DNA of 64,000 nt from Marsupella aquatica (lineage: Eukaryota > Plantae > Marchantiophyta). The translations under genes and the position numbers were made by a program. Location of the stretch: assembly GCA_973895155.1 (NCBI GenBank), contig OZ316891.1, positions 31,875,112-31,939,111 on the forward strand. Reading direction: 5' to 3'. Under the pieces are notes generated by a model that was given only the letters and a program-made list of their open reading frames with translations, made no database searches and was not told the DNA's origin. Positions 1 through 12,800 of the stretch are shown piece by piece; within the stretch, counting starts at the first letter, position 1, and every line of letters begins with the position of its first letter.

Positions 1-139
1 TTTGGTCTCACTCCATGTGAGGCAGGAAAGGGACGATACAGAATGTACACCCTTGAGCCCGAGACTCTGACAGCAATACATGCATCCTTGGGTTCCTAGC
101 AAATGGAGGAGGATAATGAGGTGTGTTACTCACCATTTT

Positions 140-740
140 TTCTCCATCACCAGTCCTCTGTCCTCCGTTCAAAGTCCATTGTCTTTTGTCTTTAGTCCTC
201 AGTTATCCGTTGTTGGTCCTCAGTCCTCAGTCACTAGTCCTCAGTTCCTCCATCCGGAGTCCTCAGTCCAAACGTCTAGAGTCCTCAGTCCTTTGGCTTC
301 AGTCCTTAGTCTTTGCCATGAGTCCTTGTTTTTCCTAAGTCCTCAGTCCTTTTCCATAAGTCCTTGTCCTTTTCCCTGAGTCCTCCGTCCTTTTCCCTGA
401 GTCCTCTGTCCTTTTCCCTGAGTCCTCAGTCCGCAGGCCTCAGTCCGCAGGCCTCAGTCCTCAGTCCTTCGCCCTCAGTCCTCAGTCCTTCGCCCTCAGT
501 CCTCAGTCCTTCGCCCTCAGTCCTCAGTCCTTCGCCCTCAGTCCTCAGCCCTCAGTCCTCTGCCCCAAATCCTCAGTCCTTCATTCTGAGTCCGTAGTCC
601 TTCTCCCCGAGCCTTCAGTCCTCCATCCACACTCCTCAGTCCTCTGCCCTGAGTCATCAGTCCTCCACCCTGATAGAGTCCTCAATCTGCCATCCCTACT
701 CAATGAGTCCTCTGGCCCAAGTCCTCAATTGGCAACCTTT
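140..740 (+). repeat. Degenerate heptamer (CTCAGTC/GTCCTCA) tandem array downstream of the transposase
   Basis: Visible runs such as cctcagtcctcagtccttcgccctcagt; a shorter reverse-complement array lies at about 31255-31700. Confidence 0.9.
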
Positions 741-1965
741 TGTCAATCCTTAGTACTACATTCCCAGTACCCAGTCTGGTCAGTTGTCCTAAACAACTGT
801 CCTCAGGTTTTCTTGAGTCTAGAGTTAGAGCCCTGGGAGATATTATAGCCACGAACTGCTTGCTAAAAAGACTAAATTATCCGTCTTACTTATTATATGT
901 ACATTACAGTTGCTACAGTAGGTTGGCTGAAGTCTATCTGCTGAACTGTTCTTCCCTGCGTGAGCTTGACTATTTCTGTCACTAATATTTATGTGGATTG
1001 TTGTTCCATAGGACTTTGAGCTCCCTGAAGGTTAACTACTTTCACCATATCAATGGATAGTCCTCAAATAATTAGGATACAATAAAGGCTAAGCAGGCAT
1101 TGGATATCACTAGTGAAGGGTAGCATTGAATATTACTTAGTAAAGGTCTCATGTTAGTAATCGCTATATATGTGCAGTAAAACGCACCTGTTTTGTAAGA
1201 ATCCCCTTGTGCACAATAAAGTTCATTTTAATTGGCCCATCTCTTGTGAAGCTTGGTTTTCAACCGAGACATCTCCAGTATCTATTTGGCTATATCACTT
1301 GAATGTATTAATTTTGATCATCTGGACTTCTTTGAGTTTATGTATTTACTGTCTACAACACAGCTACAGTCCTTCCCATTCAAGACTCCCAATTTTCCAA
1401 AAACGTTTAAGGATCAACTCGGGGATCAACTATCCCTGACTAGTTCATTGGGATAAAGGAAGAGTTTGATGCGCTTCCAAATCGGACCACTTCCCAGCTC
1501 TAAGAATGGTTAGTATTCTCATTGTCTACCTGTTCCAGATCCAGAAAGAGCAGGACAATGTCCAGTAGAGATTTCATATTGGAAAAGTCCAACCTAAGAG
1601 AACTCAAAACCTACAACCCTAAGAAAGGAGGCTGGAGTTCTCATCCATTATATGTGCCCTGCGGGGATGGGATGGAGTTGAATATTTACTACCACTGCAA
1701 GAGTAAAAATGCAACCTATGTCCCACAGTATACTAGAAGGTGGAGGTTTTGAAGTCAAGCCAATCCCAGTGTGGAGTTAAACTGTCTAACTTACTTCAAG
1801 AGCTGCTACTAAAAGGTAGTCCTTATGTCCCACAGGAAAGTCATTCGAGTGGGGAAAAATATACACGCTTCAAAATATATTCATGATTGCACTTGGGTCT
1901 TTACAAAGATTGGAGATTACAGCCAAGTGTGATTGGTTCAAGGTTTGTCAAACTACTTCACTGTA

Positions 1966-2667
1966 CTACTCCTGGGTGATCTTCATAGATTTCAAGGACT
2001 CAAATAGCTCCCCTCCAAAATTCACACAGGCATCCTTAAGTCTACTGAGCGGCCCCAAGTGGGCTTTCACCGGAGCAGTGTCACTACGGCCGAGCGAGTT
2101 CAAAAACTTAGGATTGTTGTTTTCCTTTGGTATGATCGCATGTAAAGTATGTGCCTCAGGGAGGCTAGGTCCTACTTCAGGCTCACATTTAATAACACTA
2201 CTTGACTGTAAAGACCTAGCCACAGCAAGTGCTCGACAGGCATCTTTGTCTTTCACATAAGTAATAGTCCACAATGTACTCATTACTTGAGTACACGCAC
2301 TCCTGATCTTGTCAGGGTAACCATCAAGCTCGTCCTTGAAAACTTTACCAGGCACACCCATTAGCTTCTCCCCATTCTCTTCATTGAACTGAATCACTTC
2401 ATCGCCAATCTGCACAGCAAAGCAGTACATCTGTGTACCAGCCCCATCAAGACAACACTCGTGTGTGGTTCTGCCTTGCGAATGGGGTCCCATTGGAGAG
2501 TTTGCATCTTGCCTTCTCAATTTTCGCTTGTGCTTGCCCAAAGCACAGGGTCTACCATCACTCAACAGGTTTGAACAACCTTCATAAACATAAGAGCCAG
2601 CACAAAGTCCCCACATGGATTCAATCTTGGCCAGATGGAGGGTGACAAACTTCTCATTCTTGGCCAT
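1966..2667 (-). CDS. RPA70 C-terminal-like OB-fold/zinc-ribbon ssDNA-binding protein (TE cargo)
   Basis: YEGC..C...CC followed by YCFAVQIGD..IQFNEENGEKLMG resembles the RPA1 DBD-C pattern. A splice acceptor (tttgctgcag|ATG) lies at the MAKNEK start. Confidence 0.55.
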   Translation of the reverse strand: MAKNEKFVTLHLAKIESMWGLCAGSYVYEGCSNLLSDGRPCALGKHKRKLRRQDANSPMGPHSQGRTTHECCLDGAGTQMYCFAVQIGDEVIQFNEENGEKLMGVPGKVFKDELDGYPDKIRSACTQVMSTLWTITYVKDKDACRALAVARSLQSSSVIKCEPEVGPSLPEAHTLHAIIPKENNNPKFLNSLGRSDTAPVKAHLGPLSRLKDACVNFGGELFESLKSMKITQE

Positions 2668-2859
2668 CTGCAGCAAATCAAACAGAGAGGCTAAGTATTT
2701 AGAAACTGCTAATAAAAATCTTATATATGCTGCACTAATGCTATTATTGAAGTACTGAATGCCACATTCACAGTTCACTCCTTAAGGACATAGTCAAGAT
2801 CCACTCAAAGCACATACTCGATCAACTTCATACAAATTACTTGAATCACACCCACTCCT

Positions 2860-3200
2860 CAAAAAGGAGAATCACTCAGGACTAAACAAACACTCCTTTT
2901 ACAAGGAGTGAACGGACTATTGCTCCTTTGTCAAGACGTTGTAGTCCTTTCAAAAGGACTAATACTCCTTTGTCAAGGACCGAGAGTCCTTACAAAAGGA
3001 AGAGTGCTCCTTTGTCAAGGACCAAATGTCCTTGGTAAAGGAGTGTCACTCCTTTACAAAGGACATGTACTTCCTTCATAAGGACTTAGAGTCCTTAACA
3101 AAGGAGTCATGCTCCTTTCACAATGGAGATGGACTCCTTGAAAACTGCCACCTAGTCCTTAACAAAGAAGGACTAAGAGGTTAAAAAATGGTTGACAGGG
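2860..3200. repeat. Array of CTCCTT/AAGGAC-motif repeats (about 40-bp degenerate unit)
   Basis: ctcctttgtcaaggac / gtcctt..aaaagga motifs recur in both orientations. Confidence 0.7.
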
Positions 3201-3595
3201 GCTCAGTCCTTGACAGAGAAGATTGAACTCGTTTAAAATTGACACAAGTCATGAACTAAGTGAAGGACTCTACAAGACTCGCTCCTGCGTACACTCCTTT
3301 CAAAAAGGACCAGACCCTCATCTAAGATTACTCGGATTAGAGAGTGAGCATGCTATTACCAAGTAGAGATTGCAAAAGGCAGGACTGATCATTTGCAGAT
3401 GACATTTGCCAAAAGAGGGTTTAGTGAAGACTTACCAGTGAGAAACTGAGAATTGCTCAAAAATATGATTTGCGGCTGGTCTTTCGAAGCTGCACAAAGA
3501 GCATGGAGGAAGTTTTAACCACAAAAGGCATTAAAATCACGGTATGCGGATTGCAAAATGCAGACCAGATCTTCAACATCCACAGAAGCTACCAC

Positions 3596-4847
3596 TTAAA
3601 ACGTTATCTGAGGCATACGCATATTGTAAAGCTTCTTCTTTGGCCTAGCATCTACACCATCGCAATTTGGTGGAGGTATTGTTGGTCGAGAAGGGCTTGG
3701 AGTCTTCAGTGAAGAGTATGTCTTAAAGGTGACATCTGCCTCTGGGGAAAATGGGAGAGTGGCACTAGGCGTTAGCACATCTTGACCAGGCTTAGCACTC
3801 AACAACGGTATTAATTTCACCTTCCTGCTAGAATCTACATCACACTTCCGTTTCTTCCCTGAATCCTCATCCTCAACCTTTGGTGACAACATGACCATCT
3901 TGGATGATCTGTCTTCACCACCGCAACCCTCAGTAGCTACATCCTCAACCGTGGAAGAAGGTATTCTAGAAGCCAAGCACCGCTCAACAATCTCTTGCAG
4001 ATCCTGCTCCACAATAGCAGACCATGTTCCATAAGAAGCAGTACACAGTGAACAGTGCTCAACATCCATTCGTAACCCATCAATCTCCAAAGATTGCAAA
4101 TTCATCAATTGAAAGCCAACTAGCAATTAAAGTGCAGACCAGTGTGGATACCTTTCCTTCAATTGAGACCATATTGTTCACCAAGTGTCGCCTCTGGGCC
4201 AATCGCCTACAGTTCTTCCCATATAGGTCCTCCACTTCCATGGCCATTGGGTGATGCTCCAGGGCTATATGAGTGCCCTCTTTGTAGCCTTGCTCATCAT
4301 CTAAACCCCAAGTTTGTAACCAGCCATTACTGAAAATTGCCCCGCATGCCTTGCATTGTGGGCCGCCCGTACATGAATGAATATAAGTAAACAAACATGC
4401 AGGATGATATGTGTGCCCACAGGATGCTGGGATCCAATTGTAGCAATGGTATCCATTGCAACAAATTGGACAACTTGATACAGAAACTCTGCTAAAAACT
4501 GTTTCAGTGGACGTAAGGGTATAACGTGGCATCACTGCAGGACATGGGTTGCATAAAACGTCTGCCACAATCGCAAGCTCTACTTCTTGATGCTTCAAAT
4601 TATATTCAATCTTTTGGCATTCTGCTGCTAACTTGTTAGATAAGTCAAACAACCGGGACATCATTTTAGGCACACTCTCGTCATACTCTCGTTTTCTCTG
4701 TAATCTTTCCTTCACACTATGCAAATCCCGTCGGGTGGCTTCCAACAGGCTAGAAAGCTGGATGATTGTACTCTCGTGAGTTCTCAGTGTTGTCCCCATC
4801 AAGGCCAACAAGTCGTTGTTAATCTGCAATATCAACATTTCAATCAA
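3596..4847 (-). pseudogene. Coiled-coil + RING-H2 protein with a frameshift near 4100 (TE cargo)
   Basis: CPICC..SCGHTYHPAC..QCKAC fits a C3H2C3 RING. ORFs 4080-4847 and 3596-4126 overlap in different frames. Confidence 0.65.
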
Positions 4848-4879
4848 TCACATGTCTTGCCACAAGGTCCATCGCCTAA

Positions 4880-5316
4880 GAGATAAGTAATCTCATCAGT
4901 TATCAGTCATTTTCATCAGTCGACCTGATATCAGCTGCCACCTCATCTCAGAGAGGCCGCCAAGTTGCGATTAGAGAAAAAGGTTTAGGGTTTAGGGTTT
5001 ATTGAAGGGTTTAGGGTTTATTGAAAAATTGAAGGAGAAAGTTTTTTTTTTCAAAATTTTTTTTTCAAAATTTTTTTTCAAATTTTTTTTTTTCAAAATT
5101 TTAAGTTTTTTTTTTTCCGAATTTTTTTCGGTCCGTACACCCATCTCGGCGAGGTCAGCCGAGATTGAACAATCTCAGCTGCCTAGCTGAGATGCGCGGA
5201 CGTACAAAGGTCCCAATCTTAGCTCCTTAGCTGAGATTCAAATTTTTTTGAGGTAACTGATATCAGCCGCTGATATCAGTTATCAGTGGCTGATAACTGA
5301 TGATATTGTGTACCCC
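4880..5316. mobile_element. Mutator-type (MULE) MITE, 437 bp
   Basis: 9-bp TSD ATCGCCTAA at 4871-4879 and 5317-5325. G-starting imperfect TIRs: GAGATAAGTAATCTCATCAGTTATCAG vs GGGGTACACAATATCATCAGTTATCAG. Confidence 0.8.
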
Positions 5317-5419
5317 ATCGCCTAAAGCCCACATTGAAGTCCACAACCGCAAACAAACGGGTCCTGAACAGAGAAAGTACATGATCCTAGCAAGATGAAG
5401 GAGGAAACCTCAAAGTACC

Positions 5420-6495
5420 TCTTGAATCGCCTCTCCATCACCCGGCTTGTTGGATTCCAACTCAATGTCGGTCGTTACTTCTTCCACTACAGTTTCTTCT
5501 GCATCAATTTCAGCGGAGGTTTTTTCTTCTTGAAGTCGTAGGTTCTCAATCTCTTGTTGTAATGAGCTCTCCACATCATCACGTCCCGACTAAATTACCT
5601 TCAGCTTGTCCATGGTAGAATGGACCTTGTCAAACCTCTTGTTCACAGACACGAGCTGACCCCTCATCTTAGATATCTCTGCTTCTATTGCAGATACCAG
5701 AACGTTCTTCACTTTCAAGGGAATCTGTCTCTTCTCCGATGGACGAACACATAGAATAGGTGTGGGAGGAGGTACTGTGCTACCCTTAGTCAAGCTGCAA
5801 CTGCCACGCTCCTTGGGCACGGCACTTTTAGGGCTCTCAAAAAGTGCTAATTGTCCGTTGTAGACGACGGGTTTAGTCTCTGACAAAGACTTTGGAGTTG
5901 ACGACATAGACATTGGAGCTGAATACAGTTGAGGCTTTCTAACACAAGGAGGGCCATCAGGCCTACCTTTCCCATCTCGTGACCACTGAGTTACTTGACC
6001 CTTCAGCTTTGTCGATGCATAAGCTGCCCAGTTTACCTTTCTATGAAGCACCCGCTCGGCATAGGCACCTTTGACAAATGTATGAGATAGAATTCCATTA
6101 ACAGGCTTGTCATACCCGTCCACCACTTGAGACAGTGCTAAAATCTCATCAAGAGGAATACCCGTGCAAGTACTTAGCTTATAGCCGTTCCTTGTTACCT
6201 CACCAAAGCATGCACTTAGTTGTTCCTCGGTGAGATCCAAAATCTTGTGGGGAAATTTTCCCTCATTGGGGAGACCACAGTTTGTCGCAAACCAGGCCGC
6301 ATCCTTGTAGAACTCGGTCGGAGACCAAGTTTCATCAGAGCTCTGGCCTTTCGCTTTCTTAGCTGCTCTTGGCAGTTGAGCTTTGGTGTTATCCTTCGTG
6401 ATGCTTGTCTCAGCTTTTGCCAGGACATTGGATACTGGCTGTATCGACTTGACATCCACCCCTCCATCAACTGTCAATGGAGAAGTGGTATTCAT
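5420..6495 (-). CDS. TE accessory protein (helical G[WYF]..CT...VNWA domain + coiled coil), possibly spliced to the RING ORF
   Basis: ORF 5590-6495 contains CFGEVTRNGYKLSTCT...KVNWAAYA. An acidic coiled-coil reading continues past a stop to a GT donor near 5420. Confidence 0.5.
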
Positions 6496-9400
6496 CGAAC
6501 TCGTCCTGAATAAACAAAAAAACTGTGACTAAACACTCAATAAGACCTCTGCCGACAACATGTAAAGGTACGCCTCACAGGATGGACTAAATTACATGGA
6601 GCAATAGCCTAAATACCTTCTAGCCATGATAACAAAATCAAGTCCCGGGCTCTGATGTCTGCTTTCAACTCACCAATGTTTCCTCTGAGCAGCAACCAGC
6701 TACCGACCAGCAGTAATCCTCCACCGCATTGAACTAGCTCGCGAATCCCCCAACGCGTAGCAATCCCCGATGCAATTCGCAAATCGAGTACGTTAGTACC
6801 CCCATTACCACATGATGCGCTTTGCGGATAGAGCTCGCTCCCGGCGTGTGAAACTTGAGCACTTGAGAAGGTTGAGCAAAGGATCGAGCTTCGCCCAGGT
6901 CTTGAAGCACTAAGAGAAGTGGGCGGATAGGGCTCCGCCCGAGTGAAACCAGCACTGCTACAAGTGAGAAATGGGAGAAATGCGCGGCCCAAGCTTTCTC
7001 TGAGCGGGAAGTCTTCAAGTCAAATGGCAACAACTAAACTTGCGTGGCTGCACTTCTTGCGTGGCCGCACTTCTTCTCGAGGGATTCAAATAATTGGCAG
7101 AGTCTAACTCCGCGCATTTTGGAGTCCTCATAAAGTCTTGGCCCACCAATAACGTTAAATACTCTTAAGTACATTTTGTCTCTAAGTGATTCAAAATGTC
7201 CTTGGCGGCTCACGATCCTTTTAATCTCGACCATTCATGTGCCAAAGATTTCGAGGACTGCCATGCCAAATCCCAGTCCTTTTTGCACCTTTTGGTACCC
7301 TTCAATCATGTTTTCCACCGGCCCGGTAATCTGCGCACAATCTCAAAGTACCATCCTTTTTGGACACAAACAGCGCGGGCGCCCCATAAGGACTCTTACT
7401 AGGACGAATGAACCCTTGGTCGATCAACTCTTCCAAGGTGTTCTTCAACATCATTCGTTCGTTCAGGTTCAGATGGTAAGGAGCTTTAGCCTGAGGAGCC
7501 GATCCCGGCTCCAACTCAACCTGGTGATCCACTTCTCTCCTCGGGGGTAAACCTTTAGGTAGCTTTTGCGAGAGCACGTCGTTGAATTCCTCTAAAATTT
7601 CAGGGATTCTACCGCAGTCGGGCCCGACCTTAGCTGACTTAGCCCCCCCCTTGACTGGGTGGAGATGAAAGAAGAAACATTCATGCCCACCCTTAAAGTC
7701 TTTCCACCATTGCTTCACCGATACACACGGAGACAACCACGACACTTTACTTACTTTAAGAAATCTTTATTTATTTTTGGTAATTTCGTGTACAACGATG
7801 GGCTCACCGCCCTTATTGGGAAAATGAAGCACTTCATCCCCCGATTTCAAGGTAACATTGTGCTTTCTGAGATAGCCTACCGACAAAATGAAGTCTACGG
7901 CTAGACCGTCTAGAACGTAGAACATCTCCTGACTACCAAAATTTTGCTGTTCGCCTATGACCTCTACTCGAAGTCTATGTACCACTCTAGACACTATGCC
8001 TTTTGTGTCGTTGGCAAACTTGCACACTAACGGTTGAAGCAACTCTTGCACGTCCACTCCAAGACGTGCCGCCGCCTGCCCACTTATGAAGCAGGCGGTC
8101 GCGCCTGTATCAACCAATGCAACACCCAGATTACCGTTAGAAGTGACATTCACAAAAATCAGCTTTTCAGGACCCTTTGTCTTAACTTTAGGTACTATCT
8201 CTGGCAACAACCCTTTCACACCGGCAGGAACATCCTCTATAGGGACCTCGTCAGTTACTAAGGGTTCGGTTAGAGCGATACTTACCTTGATGCTCTTCTG
8301 CCCCCCATCTCCGTTCGGCTTGCCACCTTTCGTGGTGCCATCCTTACTTTGATGGCCCATGGCGCCACACGTGAAGCACGACCCTTCGGCCCACCTCTGC
8401 TCCGTGAGCGCCTGCTTCTTTTCTCTCTGTGCCGATGAGGATCCCTTCTTGAAGTTGCTGGCTTTCCGGTTGCGTTTTGCATTTCCATTCTGGGGTTGGG
8501 GATCCAAACCACCGGCCCCCGCCCCCTCTGGTTGCTTGCGCTTATTCCCGGGATCTTTTGCTTTCCCAGCTTCCCCCTCGGATCCCTTGCCACCCACCTT
8601 CGCCAAGTCCGGCCGGTTATTAACCAACGTAGTGGCCTTGTCAAAGGCATCAGAAAGCGTTTTAAAGTCATGACGCTTTTCTTGACGCTTTTCCTGCAAC
8701 TTTTCCCTGAGCAACGGCGGGAGCTTCACTATAAAGTTGTGAAGCTGCGTGTGTAGGGTCTCTTGCCCCGCCGGGATACACGCCAACTGATTCTGGTAAT
8801 AGGTGATGAACTTTTGGATATCACCCCTGAAGCTCATCTCCGTTACACATTTCTGAGCGTGCTGCTCTGGGTACTTAGTGGTGACATGAGCATGGAGACC
8901 CTCAACCAGGTTTTCCCAAGATAAAGGCAAGGAGGAGTCTTCCCTCGACTTCTTCCATGACTTATACCAAGTCAAGGCATAATCGATCCTTCAGGTAAGG
9001 AGCAGCTGCGGTAGCCCAAGTGGATCGCTCAACGCACACTTGGAGATGAATCTCCATCGTGAGAGCCAACTCAGGAAATTTTGTCCACTTTGCTCGTAGG
9101 CCCCGTCATAAGTTGGAGGAGTCGGTAACTGGTTCACTTGGAACATACTCCGTCCAACTACCATTCCCCCTTTGGGACGTGTTGCACTCTGACTACCCAG
9201 ACTAAGTAAATACTTAATCTGGGCCCCCTTGTTGTGTTCCAGCTGCTCATAAATGAGTCGCTAGTCTTGGGTCAACGGACCCAATCCTTCGTCAGCGGCT
9301 GGGCCCTTGCGGGTTGTGCGAGGACGGTCCTCCCACCGTCTTTCCTTTGCGGGTCGCCTATCCTTAGGTTCCTTTGTGGATTTTGGTGATACTCCCCGCG

Positions 9401-9833
9401 CTTTGTGAGCACCATGACCTCCCGGGGCTGAGGCATCACCCTTACCACCGTGGTTCTACTTAGTCAAATTATCCACGATGACGTCCGACTCAACATCATC
9501 TTCTGGTTCCGCGTTCAACCCTCTCAAGGCTGGGACCAGTTCCTCTTCCGGGTCCTGACCCTCTTCCTTCGAGTTTGCATCCGCATCGTCGTCACTTGCA
9601 CTTGAGTCGGTGTCGTCATCGCTCGACCTGTCCTCTGAAGGCTCGGCCACCTCCTTCCCTTTAAGTCGATGGCGCTCCTCGCTTGATGTGTTTGCCGCGG
9701 TAGCCGACGGTTCGGCCGCCATGTCCTCGTCATCCTGCTTATAACGCTCATCTAGGGAAGTTGACCCGTCCTCCTTTGTTTCCTCTAGAACTTGGGTTCT
9801 CCCCTTGGTGGGGGGAGCCTGTTTGCCACTCTT

Positions 9834-12800
9834 TGTAAGTAGTGAGTAATTCCAGAAGTATGAAGAAATTGAAAATTTTAAATTTTTTTACGTTGTTTAA
9901 ACTACACTTACTGTTAATATCGGGAAGTTACTTTAGTTTACGAGTTTAAGAGTATACTCAGATTACGAGTATACCAGTCTACGGGTTACTCTTTTATGAG
10001 TAAACTGATGGCGAGTAAACTTACTTTACGAGTTTACTAGTTACGGGTAAGCGAGTTTACTAGTTTGCGACAGTATACGAGTTACGAGTATAGTAGTTAC
10101 GACTTACTAGTTAGGGCATTACGAGTTGTGCCTTACGAGTTGGCAACCGATGATCGCGACGTCTTACGGCTACTTTCAACGGGACTTAGCAATGGGATGG
10201 CGAGCGCGAATTGAAGGGAAGGGGAATTAGACCTCGAGCGCTCACTCCTGACTTATTTACTGCCACCTCCATTGTTTCTGCCAGCTCCCCCACTCCTTAG
10301 CGCACTCAACATAACGGAGGAGAGCTATGGCGAACCTCGGTATTGATGAACAGTACCGAGTTGACACTCTGGCAATTCCTAAGAGCATAGTCGCCCGAAT
10401 TCCACAAGCGCCCGATAGCTATGCAAATTTACGGACTTCCTTACAACAGCTAGGTTTGGAGCATCTACTTGCCGTCCCTTGGAAAGTAGAGCTCGACACA
10501 TATTTGCAGGATTTTGTAAAGGGATCAATGCTTGCTCCTGAATGTCAACAAACTATTAGAGCTCGACCCAGCTTATGGACTGTAGAACAAATTGCTTATG
10601 CCTTCCGCTGCCCTTCAGAAGGAGAAGGATTATATTCAAAGAAGAAAGATTTGTCTACACCCTACTTCTCTAGGATTCGCAATCTCACCAATGGCTGGAA
10701 TTTGACACAGTGTACTTATCCAGATTTGAGAGTGCTTCTGGAATTTCTAGTACCCATTTTACACCCGAAGAAGCCAACCATCTGTCCAGTGGCTTTGGTG
10801 AATACAATTGTAGCCGCACACAGTGGAGCCGTCCAGGTTAATTGGGCCCTGTTAATTTTCAATGTGATGAAGGATCAGGTGAGAACCATGAAGGCAGGTA
10901 GACCCACTCATCTGCAGGTTTATTTGTCTCAACTCTATCATGCTTATGAATGTTTATATCCAGAGGAGAGAACGGAGAGAGGGCTGCTCTTGATTGAGTT
11001 AGGCATTGAAGAAGACCTGAGTATGGAAGAACCAGTGGATGCTATTCCCCTGGATTCTCATGATCAGAATGTGGATGCTGAGATGGAATTTGAAGATACA
11101 CCTGCTCATAACTTAGAGCTGGTTCGACACCCCCTGGCTAACATGGTGTATTCACCAAGAGTTTATACAAGAGAATCTGGAGCTGGCGAAGACAGAGATT
11201 TCCCTGAGCAACCAGCCGACGTTGCTGAACTCGTTCTTGCAACTATCAATCTAAGGACCAACTCATCCACACCTCCAAAGGCAGAAGCGAATCAACAACT
11301 CGTCGATAAGTTGACATCTCTTCTTAGTTGCAGTGATGATGGTCTTTTCGATGCTGTCAATGATTTAAGAATGGAAGCTGTCAGTTTGAAGTCACCATTC
11401 CCTGATCAGTTAAGCCCTATCAGGATGACCTCTCCTCCAGGAGAGACAACACCAGTGGAATATGTGACTCTCACCCCTGTTACCCAACAGACCTCCTTTC
11501 AAGCAGGTGGTGACCTTGTTCCAGTAACAGACAATATTAGCTATGCAGCTATTGTGGATGATCTACTGGAGATACTACAGTGTAACCCTCGGCAGATAGT
11601 CACTGTAGTTAGCAACCTGGTGCAGCGATGTCCCACTGCTACCCCTTCTCCTAGTCGAAGTTTTCCCCCTTACAGCCCTGACTCTAACTATGAACCCACC
11701 GAAGGACCGTCCTATCATCAGACACAGTATGAGCATCCTTATGTTCGAAGGGATCTTCCCGAAGACTCTGATCCGCCCTCATATGATGACTCTATTAGGT
11801 CTTATGAAAATTCTCTTTGGTCATCCCCAAGGCAAGGATTTGAGAATATTGATGTAGCTCTAAAATCAAATCCAAATCTAGTAGCAGTGATCACCTCGTC
11901 TACCCAAACCCCCAGGAATGCTACTATCGCAAGCAGGTACCCTAGACGTCCTGAGTCAGAAGTACACAGGTATGTCACCACTTGCAAAGTAATGCAGGCC
12001 AACAGACCACCGGTTGGAGAGTTCTGGAGATACTACTATCTAAAGAAGACTGAGGCAAGCTACATTTTTGATCTTAGGTGTCTTGGAACTTCTAGAGTGG
12101 AAATGGCACAATTTGATGAGTTCTGGACTGACTCAATTTACTTTCGGCCTATTCTTGCTATGATGCTACTCCAAGGTGATGTAGAGGTAGAGGATCCAGA
12201 CCTAGTTCTGGCATACTTTGGAAACTTTGCCGCCTATGCCCTAGATTTTGTAATTTCCTTCCTGATGCAGAGCAAGAAGTCTACTGCTCCACAGCACGAT
12301 TACATACCACGAGAACCCAAGGTTACCCTTGTTTCAACCAGTACATTGGCTGAGAAACAGAGGATCTGGAATAATGTCACTTCTCAGACTCTAGCTGAAT
12401 TCAATCGATATTTCAGAGATGTCAGGTGGAGACTTCGCCCCTTCTATTCCAGGATGCTGAATAGTGATGAGTTCCTGTTTCATTATTCCCAAGTGTACGC
12501 TGCTACTTGCAACAACTATGATGTGCTCGGGATCTACAGAGAAGCTCTTCGTATAGATTCATGTTATTTAATGAAAAGGATGCCCTTGATGTATCCTGAG
12601 AGACAACTGAGGTGCCTACCTTACTCAAGAGGATCCCCACGCCAAGCTGAACTGATAGAGGTTACTCAGAACCGAATTGTTACCCTTGTGGAGTTGCTGG
12701 AACCCGACGACATCCGACAGCAAGCTTGAAGAGATCTTTAAGTATTTTTAGTTAACTTTAAGAGTAGTACATCTTATCTGATTTTTATAAATGTGCTCTA

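Larger units (their letters stand above)
1..7319 (+). mobile_element. Large Sola-like DNA transposon, copy A: 3' portion with cargo genes, ending in a putative TIR
   Basis: 1-961 is the reverse complement of 31022-31853, the region just downstream of the transposase in copy B. 7295-7319 (gtacccttcaatcatgttttccacc) matches 41768-41792 at 24/25 nt and cuts a gypsy RT exactly at ...CADYRA|. Continuity across 962-7294 is inferred. Confidence 0.6.

Noticed and set aside
80-597. Ser/Pro-rich ORFs
   Set aside because: They are translations of the heptamer repeat.
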